Assembly (NCBI GenBank): GCA_029266475.1
Contig: JAQSWU010000002.1
Span: 2,852-66,851, forward strand
Origin: Rickettsiaceae bacterium
Lineage (GTDB): Bacteria > Pseudomonadota > Alphaproteobacteria > Rickettsiales > Rickettsiaceae
Length of the DNA: 64,000 nucleotides
Direction: 5' to 3'
Part shown: positions 45,968-55,404 of the stretch, one piece after another
Layout: the number at the start of each line of letters is the position of its first letter
How positions within the stretch are numbered: position 1 is the stretch's first letter
Translations under genes and position numbers: made by a program
The notes under the pieces: model-generated
What the model was told of the DNA's origin: nothing
Database searches by the model: none
What the model saw: the letters and a program-made list of their open reading frames with translations, nothing else

Positions 45968-48634
45968 TTAGTTAAGTTTAGGAAAATATAATCTGAATTC
46001 GGTATATTCCCCTTCAGCAGAATCACATTCTATTTTCCCACCAAATTTTTCCATAGTCTCTTTGCAGAAATAAAGCCCTAATCCCGTTCCAATCTGGTTT
46101 GTTGAGAAGAAGCTTTCAAAGATTTTCTTAAGGTTTGATGGAGAGATTCCTAGGCCCGTATCCTTGAATACGATTATATTATACTCCATACCATCCTCGT
46201 ATGTAACAAAAACCCTTGCCTTATTTTTGCCCTTTATATAATAAAGCGAGTTTTTTATTAGATTAAAAATTACATGTTTAAACAAAACCTCATCTCCATA
46301 GAATACAAAGCTATTATCAATATTTATACTTATCAAATCTTTCTCCGTATCTTTGAATGGATACTCTTCTAAAATTGAATGCAGATGATAAGGTACAGAT
46401 ATCCTTTGTCTATAAGATACTTTATTTGTCGTTCCTAGCTTTACCAGCGTAATATCTATAATGGTACCAATATCACTCAAAACTCTCCGTAGCTTCTTAG
46501 AAACTTGTACAGCTTTAGGAATTTGATTAGATTCTAGGCTATTCTCTAATAAGGAGATATTTCCGTTTAATATCATCAAAGGATTCCTTACTTCATGCGC
46601 GATTACGCCAGCTATCACCCTTGCCATATTTAATTTTCTCTCTATCTTCTCCTCTCTACTTTTTGAGAATAAAAGACCTATAATAAAGGAGAAGACTAAG
46701 GTAAAGGAGGCCCATATTACATTGGTAGTATTATATTCCCTTATTATAAAAAGGTTGTCCATGTATGTAAAGATTATACCTCCAACGGTTCCTACAATCA
46801 TAATTATTATGAACATAATCCAATCAACTAAAAGCGCCAATAAAAATATTGATAAAGCTAAAATAATTATTGTTTTTTCGTCGAAACCATTAAATAGTAA
46901 ATTCACCGTATTTGTAAATGGAAGCGAAAACGTTAATACGAAATACCAATAAATTGCTTCAAATCTGCGTATGTTTAAAGGCCAAATGTCTTTGATTAAA
47001 AGTAATACGCAGAAAACTCCTGATAAAAACTTAAGATAGTAGATTTCTACCGAATGGTTTCCGGACCATAAAATATAAGGGAAAATGTATGTAGCTATTA
47101 GAAATATAGAAAATTCTTGGTAAGCAACACCATATTGATCAGATTTTCTATCGTAAAACTTCTTTAGGTTAAAGCGTCTTATATTATTAAGTATTTCCAC
47201 TAGTTGATGTCTTAAATCATCCCTGCTTTTTAAGCTCTGCTTTGGTATCCAGCCGCCAGCTTCTTTAAATATATAATGAGTGGTTAGAAAGCTTGCTATA
47301 TTAGCGAATATACTAGGAATTATGCTATATATATGTGTAAGCTCCTTAAGTTTATAACTCTCCCAAAACAAAAAAGTTGATAAACCTACTAACGACGCTA
47401 CAAAGAATGGTTTAAATGAACTTTTAAACCCGAATATTCCAAGCAGTATTGGACCAACAGAGATAGGACCCCAAAAATTAGAACTAAATATTGCAAGTTC
47501 AAAGATACTTTCGAAACGTAGGGCTAACAAAACAGATAGCCCTCCTCCTATTACCGTGCATAATTTAGATAAATATAATTCACTTTTCTGTTTTAAATTT
47601 ATTCGCAAAGGCTTTACAACGTCATTTACTATTCCTACAGCCATAACATTTAAGTAAGAATCTGCTGTAGACATTATCACAGATAAAATTCCTATTACTG
47701 CCAATCCCTTTAAGCCAGAAGGTAATGCACTGTTCAATAATTCCAGAAAAGCATTATTGGGTGAAATTTTAGGGTATAAGGCATAAGATATTAAGCCTAT
47801 GATGCCTGAAATGGTGGTAAAAGTCATATCAATTATGGCCATTGATATAAAGGATCGGCGAATCTGGCCCACATCTTTTGCCATTAGCATTCTTTGAGCA
47901 AAAGGAGGGCTCATCATAGGAATAGCCATATAAATAAAGACAAATAAGTATTTGATAAAAGTCTGTGAATCCGGATAAATAGATAATTTCTCTTGAGGAA
48001 GTACTTTGAATAACCCCTCATAACCCCCTACTTGTTGCAACCCTACATTTAAAACTATAGGGATAGTGACTATTAGAGCTACAAATTGTAAAACATCCGT
48101 CATAGCCACGGCTTGAACCCCACCAATGCTTGAGTAATAAATTATTACAAGCGATCCAATTATAATTCCTAATTCGGTAGGTATTTGAAATAATGAATTC
48201 CCTACAAAACCTAAAGCCATTACCTGCGCGCTTACCCTTCCTATACATAATAAAGCTCCAGAGATGCCTGTAATTATTCTTGCATTTTTCCCATAAAGAG
48301 CCCCTACTACCTCGCCTACGGACAACATTCCAAAAAACCTCTCCATACGCGGGGCTATAAAAATGGCTATTAGTATTCCCCCTAAACTTACTCCATATTT
48401 TGCTATTATTAGAATAACTCCAACCTTATATACCTCTGTGGCAGTACCTAATGAAGACCCTCCTCCTATCAGCGTGGCACATACAGTCATAGATAAAACC
48501 ACAGAGGAAAGGTTTCGTTTACCTATAGAATACTCTTGAAAGCTTTTTACCCTCTTACTCGAATATATTCCTATAATCAGGGTAAACAATAAGTATAATA
48601 TTATTAAAATTAAGTCTATGCTTGCGTAGTTCAC
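45968..48634 (-). CDS. Sodium:solute symporter (SSF/SLC5)-domain sensor histidine kinase (CbrA/CrbS-like architecture)
   Basis: About 13 TM helices with an SSF-like N-terminus (GGGSSLGTATEVY, IAPRMERF, MSTADSYLN), then extra TM helices. The kinase part has H-box IAGVIAHEVRNPL, an N-box region NLIKNSLYY, and G-boxes FKDTGLGI and GTGLGLYFCKETMEKFGGKIECDS. Confidence 0.85.
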   Translation of the reverse strand: MNYASIDLILIILYLLFTLIIGIYSSKRVKSFQEYSIGKRNLSSVVLSMTVCATLIGGGSSLGTATEVYKVGVILIIAKYGVSLGGILIAIFIAPRMERFFGMLSVGEVVGALYGKNARIITGISGALLCIGRVSAQVMALGFVGNSLFQIPTELGIIIGSLVIIYYSSIGGVQAVAMTDVLQFVALIVTIPIVLNVGLQQVGGYEGLFKVLPQEKLSIYPDSQTFIKYLFVFIYMAIPMMSPPFAQRMLMAKDVGQIRRSFISMAIIDMTFTTISGIIGLISYALYPKISPNNAFLELLNSALPSGLKGLAVIGILSVIMSTADSYLNVMAVGIVNDVVKPLRINLKQKSELYLSKLCTVIGGGLSVLLALRFESIFELAIFSSNFWGPISVGPILLGIFGFKSSFKPFFVASLVGLSTFLFWESYKLKELTHIYSIIPSIFANIASFLTTHYIFKEAGGWIPKQSLKSRDDLRHQLVEILNNIRRFNLKKFYDRKSDQYGVAYQEFSIFLIATYIFPYILWSGNHSVEIYYLKFLSGVFCVLLLIKDIWPLNIRRFEAIYWYFVLTFSLPFTNTVNLLFNGFDEKTIIILALSIFLLALLVDWIMFIIIMIVGTVGGIIFTYMDNLFIIREYNTTNVIWASFTLVFSFIIGLLFSKSREEKIERKLNMARVIAGVIAHEVRNPLMILNGNISLLENSLESNQIPKAVQVSKKLRRVLSDIGTIIDITLVKLGTTNKVSYRQRISVPYHLHSILEEYPFKDTEKDLISINIDNSFVFYGDEVLFKHVIFNLIKNSLYYIKGKNKARVFVTYEDGMEYNIIVFKDTGLGISPSNLKKIFESFFSTNQIGTGLGLYFCKETMEKFGGKIECDSAEGEYTEFRLYFPKLN

Positions 48635-48647
48635 TTAAGCCTTACTG

Positions 48648-50150
48648 TTAGCTGCTTTTAACAAGGTATTTGCTCCGAATATATTCCATATATGTATCTA
48701 CACAGATCATATTACTTCCTGTCGCATCATTTATTAGTTCTTTGACAGGCTTTAATGAGCCAAAATTACGTATATTCTCATTCAAAAAAATATTATATCT
48801 ATCAGCAAGGTTATGTATTGTCCAGGAATTATGATTTGGGAAATTTTCTTTAAAGGTTTTATGCAACATTGATGCATATACTCCACCTATAGTATAAGCA
48901 GGGAAATAACCGAATAATCCTTTAGGCCAATGGATGTCTTGTAAGCAGCCTTCTCTATCATTAACTACTTTTACGCCTAGATACGATTCCATTAATCCAT
49001 TCCAGTAAGCAGGAAGATCCTTTAATTTAAGATGGTCTCCTAATAAAGCTTGCTCAATCTCATATCTTAATATAACATGGAGTGTATATGTTGCTTCATC
49101 CGAATCTATACGTATAGGATTGGGTTTTAGATGAGTGACAATCTTGTATAGGTTATCTGGGTGATACTCGTCACCTTTGAAGCCAAATTCATTATAAAGT
49201 TGTTCAGATAGAAACTCCATAAACCCCTTTGTTCTAACCACCATCATCTCTAGGAATAAAGCTTGGCTTTCATGTATGACCATGCCTTTCGCCTTTCCAA
49301 CAGGTTGGTTTAAATAACACTTTGGCAGATTCAGTTCATATAAGGCATGACCACACTCATGCGCAACGCTCATTATACTGTTTAAAATATTGTTTTCATC
49401 GTATCTAGTAAGTATCCTTATATCATTCGGAGCTCCACCGCAGAAGGGGTGCGGCCCCTGATCGATTCTGCCAACTGAAAAATCGAAACCTAATTTTTCC
49501 ATTATTGTAGAACAGAATTTCCTCTGTTCATTAAGTCCTACTTTAAGGTTAGCTGGTAATATACTTTCTATTAGCTGTGTTTTTTTGATTTCAATGATTA
49601 TTTTCGGTAATTCTTGCTTAAGTCTAGAAAAAGCACTACTTACTTCTCTAATATCCATTGTTGGCAGGTATTTCATACATAGAGCTTGGTAAGGTGTCGT
49701 ATTGAAAGCTTTTGCCTTCACTTCAGCGATTCTTTTAGTGTATCCTAAAACTTTATCTAAATATGGTAGAAGAGAATTATAATCATTTTGAAGTTTAGCT
49801 TTTTTCCAAATATTCTCACTTTCGAAGACAGCTTCTATAAATTCCTCATGCACACTACTTTCAACACAAATAGCTTCTAATCTTCTTTGTTTAATAAGCT
49901 CTAAGTTTGTTTTCTGCCAAATATCTAAATCTCTTGCCTCGTTCTCGGCTCCGTTTATTAGTTTCTCGACTTCTTTAGAAACCAATAATTCATGCGCCAA
50001 TGATGTGAGAATTTTTATTTCTTTTCTTCTACTATTAATAGAATTCTTCGGAATATTTGTGATTAAATCCCAATACAGTATATTAGTAGAATTATTTAAA
50101 AGAAAGATACGCTCAATTTTTGATTCTAATTTAAGATAATTTTTCACCAA
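48648..50150 (-). CDS. M32 (Taq-type) carboxypeptidase
   Basis: HECGHALYE, HESQALFLE, IRIDSDEATY and LQDIHW are the diagnostic M32 motifs. A 13-nt gap separates it from the kinase gene downstream. Confidence 0.9.
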   Translation of the reverse strand: MVKNYLKLESKIERIFLLNNSTNILYWDLITNIPKNSINSRRKEIKILTSLAHELLVSKEVEKLINGAENEARDLDIWQKTNLELIKQRRLEAICVESSVHEEFIEAVFESENIWKKAKLQNDYNSLLPYLDKVLGYTKRIAEVKAKAFNTTPYQALCMKYLPTMDIREVSSAFSRLKQELPKIIIEIKKTQLIESILPANLKVGLNEQRKFCSTIMEKLGFDFSVGRIDQGPHPFCGGAPNDIRILTRYDENNILNSIMSVAHECGHALYELNLPKCYLNQPVGKAKGMVIHESQALFLEMMVVRTKGFMEFLSEQLYNEFGFKGDEYHPDNLYKIVTHLKPNPIRIDSDEATYTLHVILRYEIEQALLGDHLKLKDLPAYWNGLMESYLGVKVVNDREGCLQDIHWPKGLFGYFPAYTIGGVYASMLHKTFKENFPNHNSWTIHNLADRYNIFLNENIRNFGSLKPVKELINDATGSNMICVDTYMEYIRSKYLVKSS

Positions 50151-50480
50151 ATCTCTACCTAAGCACTTTTATATATATTAAGTTTACTAAAATTGTTATA
50201 TTTAATTTATATTACAGTAAGCCTTTTTTCTACAGTTTTCTTATCTTTTTAAAATCAAATTTTCTGTTTATTAATTTCATATTTTACTTTGTAACTGTAA
50301 CTATAATCTTACTTTCATTTTTAGTTTGAATAATTAAGCTTTTCTTAGCTATACAAATATGAGTATATTCGAACGAATAATCGGCTAACGAATGTACATA
50401 AGTTATCATTAAATATGACAGAAGACGTTTCTACCGTAAGTCAAGCTATAAAGCGATCTAAGAGCGTTCTATCCACAGAG

Positions 50481-50924
50481 TTATCCCCTATTTTTGTGGA
50501 TAATTTTTTTCTCTCTCTTAGATCCTGGTTTTCTCAATTGAGGCAAGAGCTTCTTGGTATTCTCTGCTTGCTCCTTTGTTATATAACCCACTACATTGCC
50601 AGCAAGGTCTACTCTCCCCTCCCCCTCATTATGCGATAATATATAGGCTCTCTTAGTACAGTAATTCCTCATGAATCCGTTGATCCTGTTCGAGCTTATG
50701 GCATATCCAAGCTCTCTTAACGCTGCCTGTAAATCCAAGCGTATCCCTATTTTCAAAGGCTTCGGGCTCTCTTCAAAAAAGCAATTCGGAAACTTTTCTA
50801 TTAAATAGTTTAATATTTCCTTGTATTCCTCTTTATTGATTCGTGGCTTCTTCCTAGGCTTTGAGTCCTTTCCTTTAGGATTAGCTTCGGCTAATCCTTT
50901 GTCCACTTCGTCTCTCTTCTCCAT
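50481..50924 (-). CDS. ProQ/FinO-family RNA chaperone
   Basis: LIEKFPNCFFEESPKPLKIGIRLDL...AISSNRINGFMRNYCTKRAYILSHNEGEGRVDLAGNVVGYITKEQAENTKK closely follows the ProQ/FinO domain pattern (L.e.FP.cF...pkPLKiGI..DL...  ...lr.aL..Y......Y......g..RvDL.G...g.vt.e....A). It lies 43 nt downstream of rep on the same strand. Confidence 0.85.
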   Translation of the reverse strand: MEKRDEVDKGLAEANPKGKDSKPRKKPRINKEEYKEILNYLIEKFPNCFFEESPKPLKIGIRLDLQAALRELGYAISSNRINGFMRNYCTKRAYILSHNEGEGRVDLAGNVVGYITKEQAENTKKLLPQLRKPGSKREKKIIHKNRG

Positions 50925-50967
50925 AACATTCTTTTAATGTTCCCTCCAGTAAATGAGTAGGCTTTGA

Positions 50968-52674
50968 TTACATAGTAATACAAGGGCTAATGTTCCCCAT
51001 AAAACTATGTTCAGCAAAAACTGGTGTCTTAGGCAAAATATCTGCTTCCTTCTCTTTATCCTTGATCCTAAAGCTAGGTTGCTCGCTCTTCCAAACTATA
51101 TTGCTATAATGACTATTCTCTACCTCATAAACTATCTCTTGTATATACGGCAATTCCGATACAAGAATTCTATTTAGTCTACTACCGTAATTATTCTCAA
51201 CATATTCACTGCGAAATTCAGAAGCAAATGTTAAAACTACCCTACCCTCTCCTTCATATAAGCTATACCTAATTCTGCTAAACCAAGATTTGTCAGCTCC
51301 AGGGTCATATATCTCTCGAAGCTTCCCTCTTACTCTAGCCCAAATCGGATCAACGTTCGAATCATGTTCAATAGAACCTTGTGAGTTATCTTCTAGTTTT
51401 ATACTTGTCTCTACAACACCCTTATCCCTATTACTTTGGATGAATCTTACCTTCCCTACTCCGCTTGTCTCTCCATTAGCAATATCTACTCGTCTCGTCA
51501 CTTCAATTATAATACTCTCTATCTTTTTCATTGTAATTTCATCTAGATCGAGTGTTTCATCATTTATGTAAACTGAATAATTATAGCATCCTTTGTATAC
51601 AGGTCTAAAATAGCATTTCTTAAGTATATTCGTCGCAAGCTTTGGAGCAAACTCTTGAACTATTCGCCTCTTGATCAAGCCCACATCTGAGGTATCATTT
51701 GCAGCCTCTATCTTCTCAAGGTAAGTTTCTTCAAAACACGAATAAGCAAAATTTGTATTATTTACTCTCTCAGGCAAGTGCTTCTCATGCGCTAAGGCTT
51801 TCTCCATGTACCTTAAAAATACCCGTTTATTTATGAATCTCCTATCAGGGTATTTAACATTTAACTTTTGCGCCAAGGCATTAATAAAAGTTTTCCCAAA
51901 GTCTCTACCTACCCTTTGAGCAAGTATATCGATGTCTTTTTCATTAAGAGGTAAAAAGCAGTTTATCGGAAGGGATGGTATTGGCAAGTTTGTGGTTTCA
52001 TTAAGATTAGGTAAAACGAAAGTTTTTTTTAAATCATTAGGTGTTTTTTGTTTGTTTTTATCGGTTACAGTAGTTTCAGATAAGATTACACAATCATCTG
52101 TTAAACCAGACCGTTCATTTGCGTTTGCTTCCGAAAAGTTATTCGATGAAATATTTTCAAAATTAGATTGCTCATTATCTAGATATCTATTTTTATTATT
52201 CTCTTTATATTCTTTATATTTGTCTCCTATAACTTTTGGAGATAACCCCAATATTTTTTGGAGATATAAAGAAAAAATTTCATTTTGTTTATTCAGATGG
52301 ATAAATAAAGCATTAGGGTACTTTTTTCCTCTTACAGTAATACTACGGAATTCTCTCTTTATAAGGTTCAGTTTTTCTAATCTAACCAAGGCAAGTCTTA
52401 TACTTTCCCTGTGATAATTAAATTTGTTGACGAAATGATCATAAGAAGTATGCCAGGCGTCACCATCAAACTTAGATAGGGACTTTTTGTTAGGTCTATA
52501 CCAATAGATTATTTCAGAAATTATATTTATTGATATGTGGTCTGGCTTACCGGTTTTAGTAGTAATTATTTTAAAAAGTGCATTTGGAACTAGGTTTCCA
52601 GTGATATTTAGATACTCTTTATCAGGAGAATCAGTAAGGTGTGGTAAATATACGTCATTTTTTACATTGTTCAT
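50968..52674 (-). CDS. Plasmid replication initiator candidate (DnaA-like protein: winged-helix-like N-terminal region + DnaA-N-like C-terminal domain)
   Basis: The C-terminal DPIWARVRGKLREIYDPGADKSWFSRIRYSLYEGEGRVVLTFASEFRSEYVENNYGSRL resembles DnaA domain I (W..v...L.......f..W...l......  ..l.l..p..f....v...Y). N-terminal LALVRLEKLNLIKREF looks wHTH-like. The gene neighbours parA, as described for DnaA-like proteins on Rickettsia plasmids. Confidence 0.6.
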   Translation of the reverse strand: MNNVKNDVYLPHLTDSPDKEYLNITGNLVPNALFKIITTKTGKPDHISINIISEIIYWYRPNKKSLSKFDGDAWHTSYDHFVNKFNYHRESIRLALVRLEKLNLIKREFRSITVRGKKYPNALFIHLNKQNEIFSLYLQKILGLSPKVIGDKYKEYKENNKNRYLDNEQSNFENISSNNFSEANANERSGLTDDCVILSETTVTDKNKQKTPNDLKKTFVLPNLNETTNLPIPSLPINCFLPLNEKDIDILAQRVGRDFGKTFINALAQKLNVKYPDRRFINKRVFLRYMEKALAHEKHLPERVNNTNFAYSCFEETYLEKIEAANDTSDVGLIKRRIVQEFAPKLATNILKKCYFRPVYKGCYNYSVYINDETLDLDEITMKKIESIIIEVTRRVDIANGETSGVGKVRFIQSNRDKGVVETSIKLEDNSQGSIEHDSNVDPIWARVRGKLREIYDPGADKSWFSRIRYSLYEGEGRVVLTFASEFRSEYVENNYGSRLNRILVSELPYIQEIVYEVENSHYSNIVWKSEQPSFRIKDKEKEADILPKTPVFAEHSFMGNISPCITM

Positions 52675-52723
52675 AATAAAATCCTTTTAAATAGTGATTT
52701 TAGGTATAAACGTAGTAAAAACC

Positions 52724-52752
52724 TTGACAAATAGTCTAATCCAATATATATT
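52724..52752 (+). promoter_or_regulatory. Candidate sigma70-type promoter firing away from rep into the rep-RHH intergenic region
   Basis: TTGACA (52724-52729), a 17-nt spacer, then TATATT (52747-52752). In AT-rich DNA such matches can arise by chance. Confidence 0.3.
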
Positions 52753-52847
52753 AATACATATGTTTAGTACATGTGAGCAAATTGAATAATTCGCTGTGTA
52801 TGACTTTCGCCGGTCCATACTTTTAATGTCGAGTTTTTTGCTACGCT

Positions 52848-52890
52848 TATAAATTCGAAGGAAAACGGCAAATTTTCCTTCGAATTTATA
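52848..52890. terminator. 18-bp perfect-stem hairpin between the RHH gene and rep
   Basis: TATAAATTCGAAGGAAAA (52848-52865) and TTTTCCTTCGAATTTATA (52873-52890) flank a 7-nt loop. The hairpin starts 6 nt after the RHH stop on the minus strand. On the plus strand it is followed by the U-rich TCTTCCTATTTTATTT. Confidence 0.55.
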
Positions 52891-52895
52891 TCTTC

Positions 52896-53090
52896 CTATT
52901 TTATTTCATAACCAAGCCTTTCTAACTTTTCTACAACAGCTTGAGTAATCCAAGAGCCTCTTGGTGCATTAAATTTAGATCTTTCTTTATCTATTAATTG
53001 TACGACAGACTGTTTCATCCTTAAGGTTACAAGTAACTCTTCTTTGGAAGTCAATTTGTCTTTAACTAATTTATCTTTTTCGCTATTCAT
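52896..53090 (-). CDS. Small ribbon-helix-helix (CopG/Arc-like) DNA-binding protein
   Basis: It is 64 aa. LLVTLRMKQSVVQLIDKE...RGSWITQAVVEKLER fits a beta-strand/helix/helix RHH pattern. It lies upstream of rep on the same strand. Confidence 0.55.
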   Translation of the reverse strand: MNSEKDKLVKDKLTSKEELLVTLRMKQSVVQLIDKERSKFNAPRGSWITQAVVEKLERLGYEIK

Positions 53091-53591
53091 TTAAATTATA
53101 TCCTAAAGTATTAAATGTAGGTCTTAAATTACTATCCAAAGTTATAATAAAATATTTGTGAAGTCAATAATATATTATAATAGAATACAAAATAATACAA
53201 AAAACAATAGAGTAGGTATTTTTCTCTAGCTTGAAATGTCAACTAGGAAAAAATTGTATTATGCGATAATATAGTATAATAAAAACATATATTACTATAA
53301 ATAAATGCTACTATATTATTAGTAATCTACGAATAAAAATCCTCCAATAGCCTGTATCCCTTTCTAAACCTAATCTTATTGTCCGGCGCGTATAATAATA
53401 TAGTAACACGATAACATAATAATATATATTATCGGATTATTATGCACCTAGAAACATTAGGCACTTTTTAGATATTTTATGATCAACAATAAAATAGTAT
53501 ATGTGATATAATAACAACTTATAAATTATAAAACCTCCAATTATTGCTGAAGCAAAGCTAATTATTAGTAGGTTTTATACTTATATTCCCT

Positions 53592-53834
53592 CTATTTAGG
53601 TAACTGAAGGGGCCCTTTCTTCTTCTCGTAATCGTTAAGATAAAGTGATAAAGCTTCTTCTACAACACTCTTTATCATTCTTTTTTCCCAGAAGGAGATT
53701 GCTTTGAGCTTATCGTAATGGCTTGATCTTAAAATCAGGGTTGCACGTATTTCTTTATCCTCTTCTTTATTACTTGCCTTATTGTTTCCTTCCAATAGTG
53801 AATCGAAGGGGGTTTTGAAACTTTTTTTGCTCAT
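53592..53834 (-). CDS. Small ParA partner (ParG/RHH-like centromere-binding protein candidate)
   Basis: It is 80 aa. Its start overlaps the parA stop by 1 nt (TAATG). ATLILRSSHYDKLKAISFWEKRMIKSVVEEALSLYL is RHH-like. Confidence 0.6.
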   Translation of the reverse strand: MSKKSFKTPFDSLLEGNNKASNKEEDKEIRATLILRSSHYDKLKAISFWEKRMIKSVVEEALSLYLNDYEKKKGPLQLPK

Positions 53835-54580
53835 TAGAATATACCTTTATTTATAATTTCGTTGCATAGATCATCATAATCCAATGCGCCTTTACATGTT
53901 CTGTTATATAAGAATATGTCCTTCGCTTGGCTTGGCGCTTCTGCTAAAGCGATATTATTGGATATTCTTGTAGATAGTAACTTGTCTCCAAAGAAGTCTT
54001 CCACACTTTCTGCTATATCCCTATTTAATACTTTCCTTGGATCATATTGAGTTAAAAATACGCACCCAACTTTTAAACTACTATTTAACCTTGTTTTGAT
54101 TTTATCTATTACTTCAGTAAGTTTGGCTAAACCTCTTAATGGCAAATACTCCGCTTGCATAGGAATAATTACGTAGTCAGAAGTTGTTAATGCGTTGATT
54201 GTCAATAATCCTAGCGACGGAGGGCAGTCTATTAATATATAGTCAAATTTATTCTTTAATGGCACTAATATATCCTTTAGTAGATACTCTCTCCCTGGCT
54301 CCGAGCTAAGCTCAATTTCAGCCGCAGAAAGATCCAAAGAAGAAGGTAATACATATAAATTAGTTCTATATTCGATTGGGTGTACCATTTTTTGACCCTT
54401 CAAATTTTCGTATATAGAAATTTCAACATTTTTTATTCCAAGACTCTGGGTTAAATTTGCTTGAGGGTCAAGGTCTACTAAAAGAACTCTTTTTCCCTTA
54501 TTGGCTAACGCCGCTCCAATATTTATGGTTGAAGTGGTTTTACCTACCCCCCCTTTGTGATTGCTTATTGCGTAAATCAT
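53834..54580 (-). CDS. parA: ParA-family partition ATPase
   Basis: Deviant Walker A SNHKGGVGKTTST, then VLLVDLDPQANLT and ILIDCPPSLG. Confidence 0.9.
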   Translation of the reverse strand: MIYAISNHKGGVGKTTSTINIGAALANKGKRVLLVDLDPQANLTQSLGIKNVEISIYENLKGQKMVHPIEYRTNLYVLPSSLDLSAAEIELSSEPGREYLLKDILVPLKNKFDYILIDCPPSLGLLTINALTTSDYVIIPMQAEYLPLRGLAKLTEVIDKIKTRLNSSLKVGCVFLTQYDPRKVLNRDIAESVEDFFGDKLLSTRISNNIALAEAPSQAKDIFLYNRTCKGALDYDDLCNEIINKGIF

Positions 54581-54772
54581 TTGATTCTCTTTTAAAAGGT
54601 TACTAGTAATATAAAAATACGTATGCTCAAAAATATAGAAACATATACGACAAATAATATGGGAATATTATCTTATTTCAACTTATTTCAGAATAGTTTA
54701 AAAAAATAATAAGCAAATGTTACTCACGCGCAAAGTTCAGCTATCAACCGTTGAGCGGGGTGTGTATTCCTA

Positions 54773-55324
54773 TATTACTATGCATATATTCTACCATATG
54801 CATAGTAATATACCAAACTTTAACCGCAAATGCTTTTAAATTATTTTAAAGTATAAAACTTATAAGTTATAACCCAAGAAGCATATGATTGACTAACTTG
54901 GTTAGCGCTATATTGTATATCATCCTCACGAATAATACTTCTGCTGAGCATAAGTATTACTATATTATAATATTACCGTATTACTATGCATACATATTAT
55001 AACACTCGAAAATTATAACATTAAGCTCTTTCGGGTTGCTTTTTATCGTATGTTTAGAGTTATATGTCTATAAACATATAATAATAAAAGCAGTCAGTAA
55101 TATAAGCACAAATATTACTTTGTATTCATTGAAGTATAAATATAACAATAGATATAAGTTTAAATGGAGGCTAAATACATTTATATAACTCTACTTGAAA
55201 TAAATTGTTGTCCTATGTGGGCTTAAAAGGATATTTGGGTTATGTGCTATGAAGTCAATATGGTTTTAAACCTTATGTTACCATATTACCAAAAACATAT
55301 AATACCAAATTACTGTATTACTAT
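54773..55324. repeat. Array of TATTACTAT motifs upstream of parA (candidate centromere / operator sites)
   Basis: Exact TATTACTAT occurs at 54773, 54955, 54979 and 55316, and inverted (ATAGTAATA) at 54802. The first and the inverted copy form a 15-bp-arm inverted repeat, TATTACTATGCATAT-8nt-ATATGCATAGTAATA (54773-54810). One more exact copy lies at 53290 on the other side of the par genes. Confidence 0.55.
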
Positions 55325-55404
55325 ATTATCAGGAACTAATATTATTAGTAAGTTTGTATGTTGGCATCATAAGGAGTATATTTTTGGATATTTAAGGAAT
55401 ATTA

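Noticed and set aside
50469-50503. A perfect DnaA box (TGTGGATAA = TTATCCACA reversed, 50495-50503) and an 8/9 box (CTATCCACA, 50469-50477) in inverted orientation. I considered them an oriV marker.
   Set aside because: The perfect box lies in the last codons of the ProQ/FinO gene and the 8/9 box just beyond its stop. One or two 9-mer matches in 64 kb on both strands are expected by chance. The plasmid Rep resembles only DnaA domain I, not the box-binding domain IV. It is worth a look only if origin mapping points here.
53100-55400. AT-rich repeat-containing non-coding stretches, checked for a CRISPR array.
   Set aside because: The repeats are short (9-15 bp), irregularly spaced and partly inverted. 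There is no repeat-spacer periodicity and no cas genes. A centromere, operator or iteron interpretation fits better.
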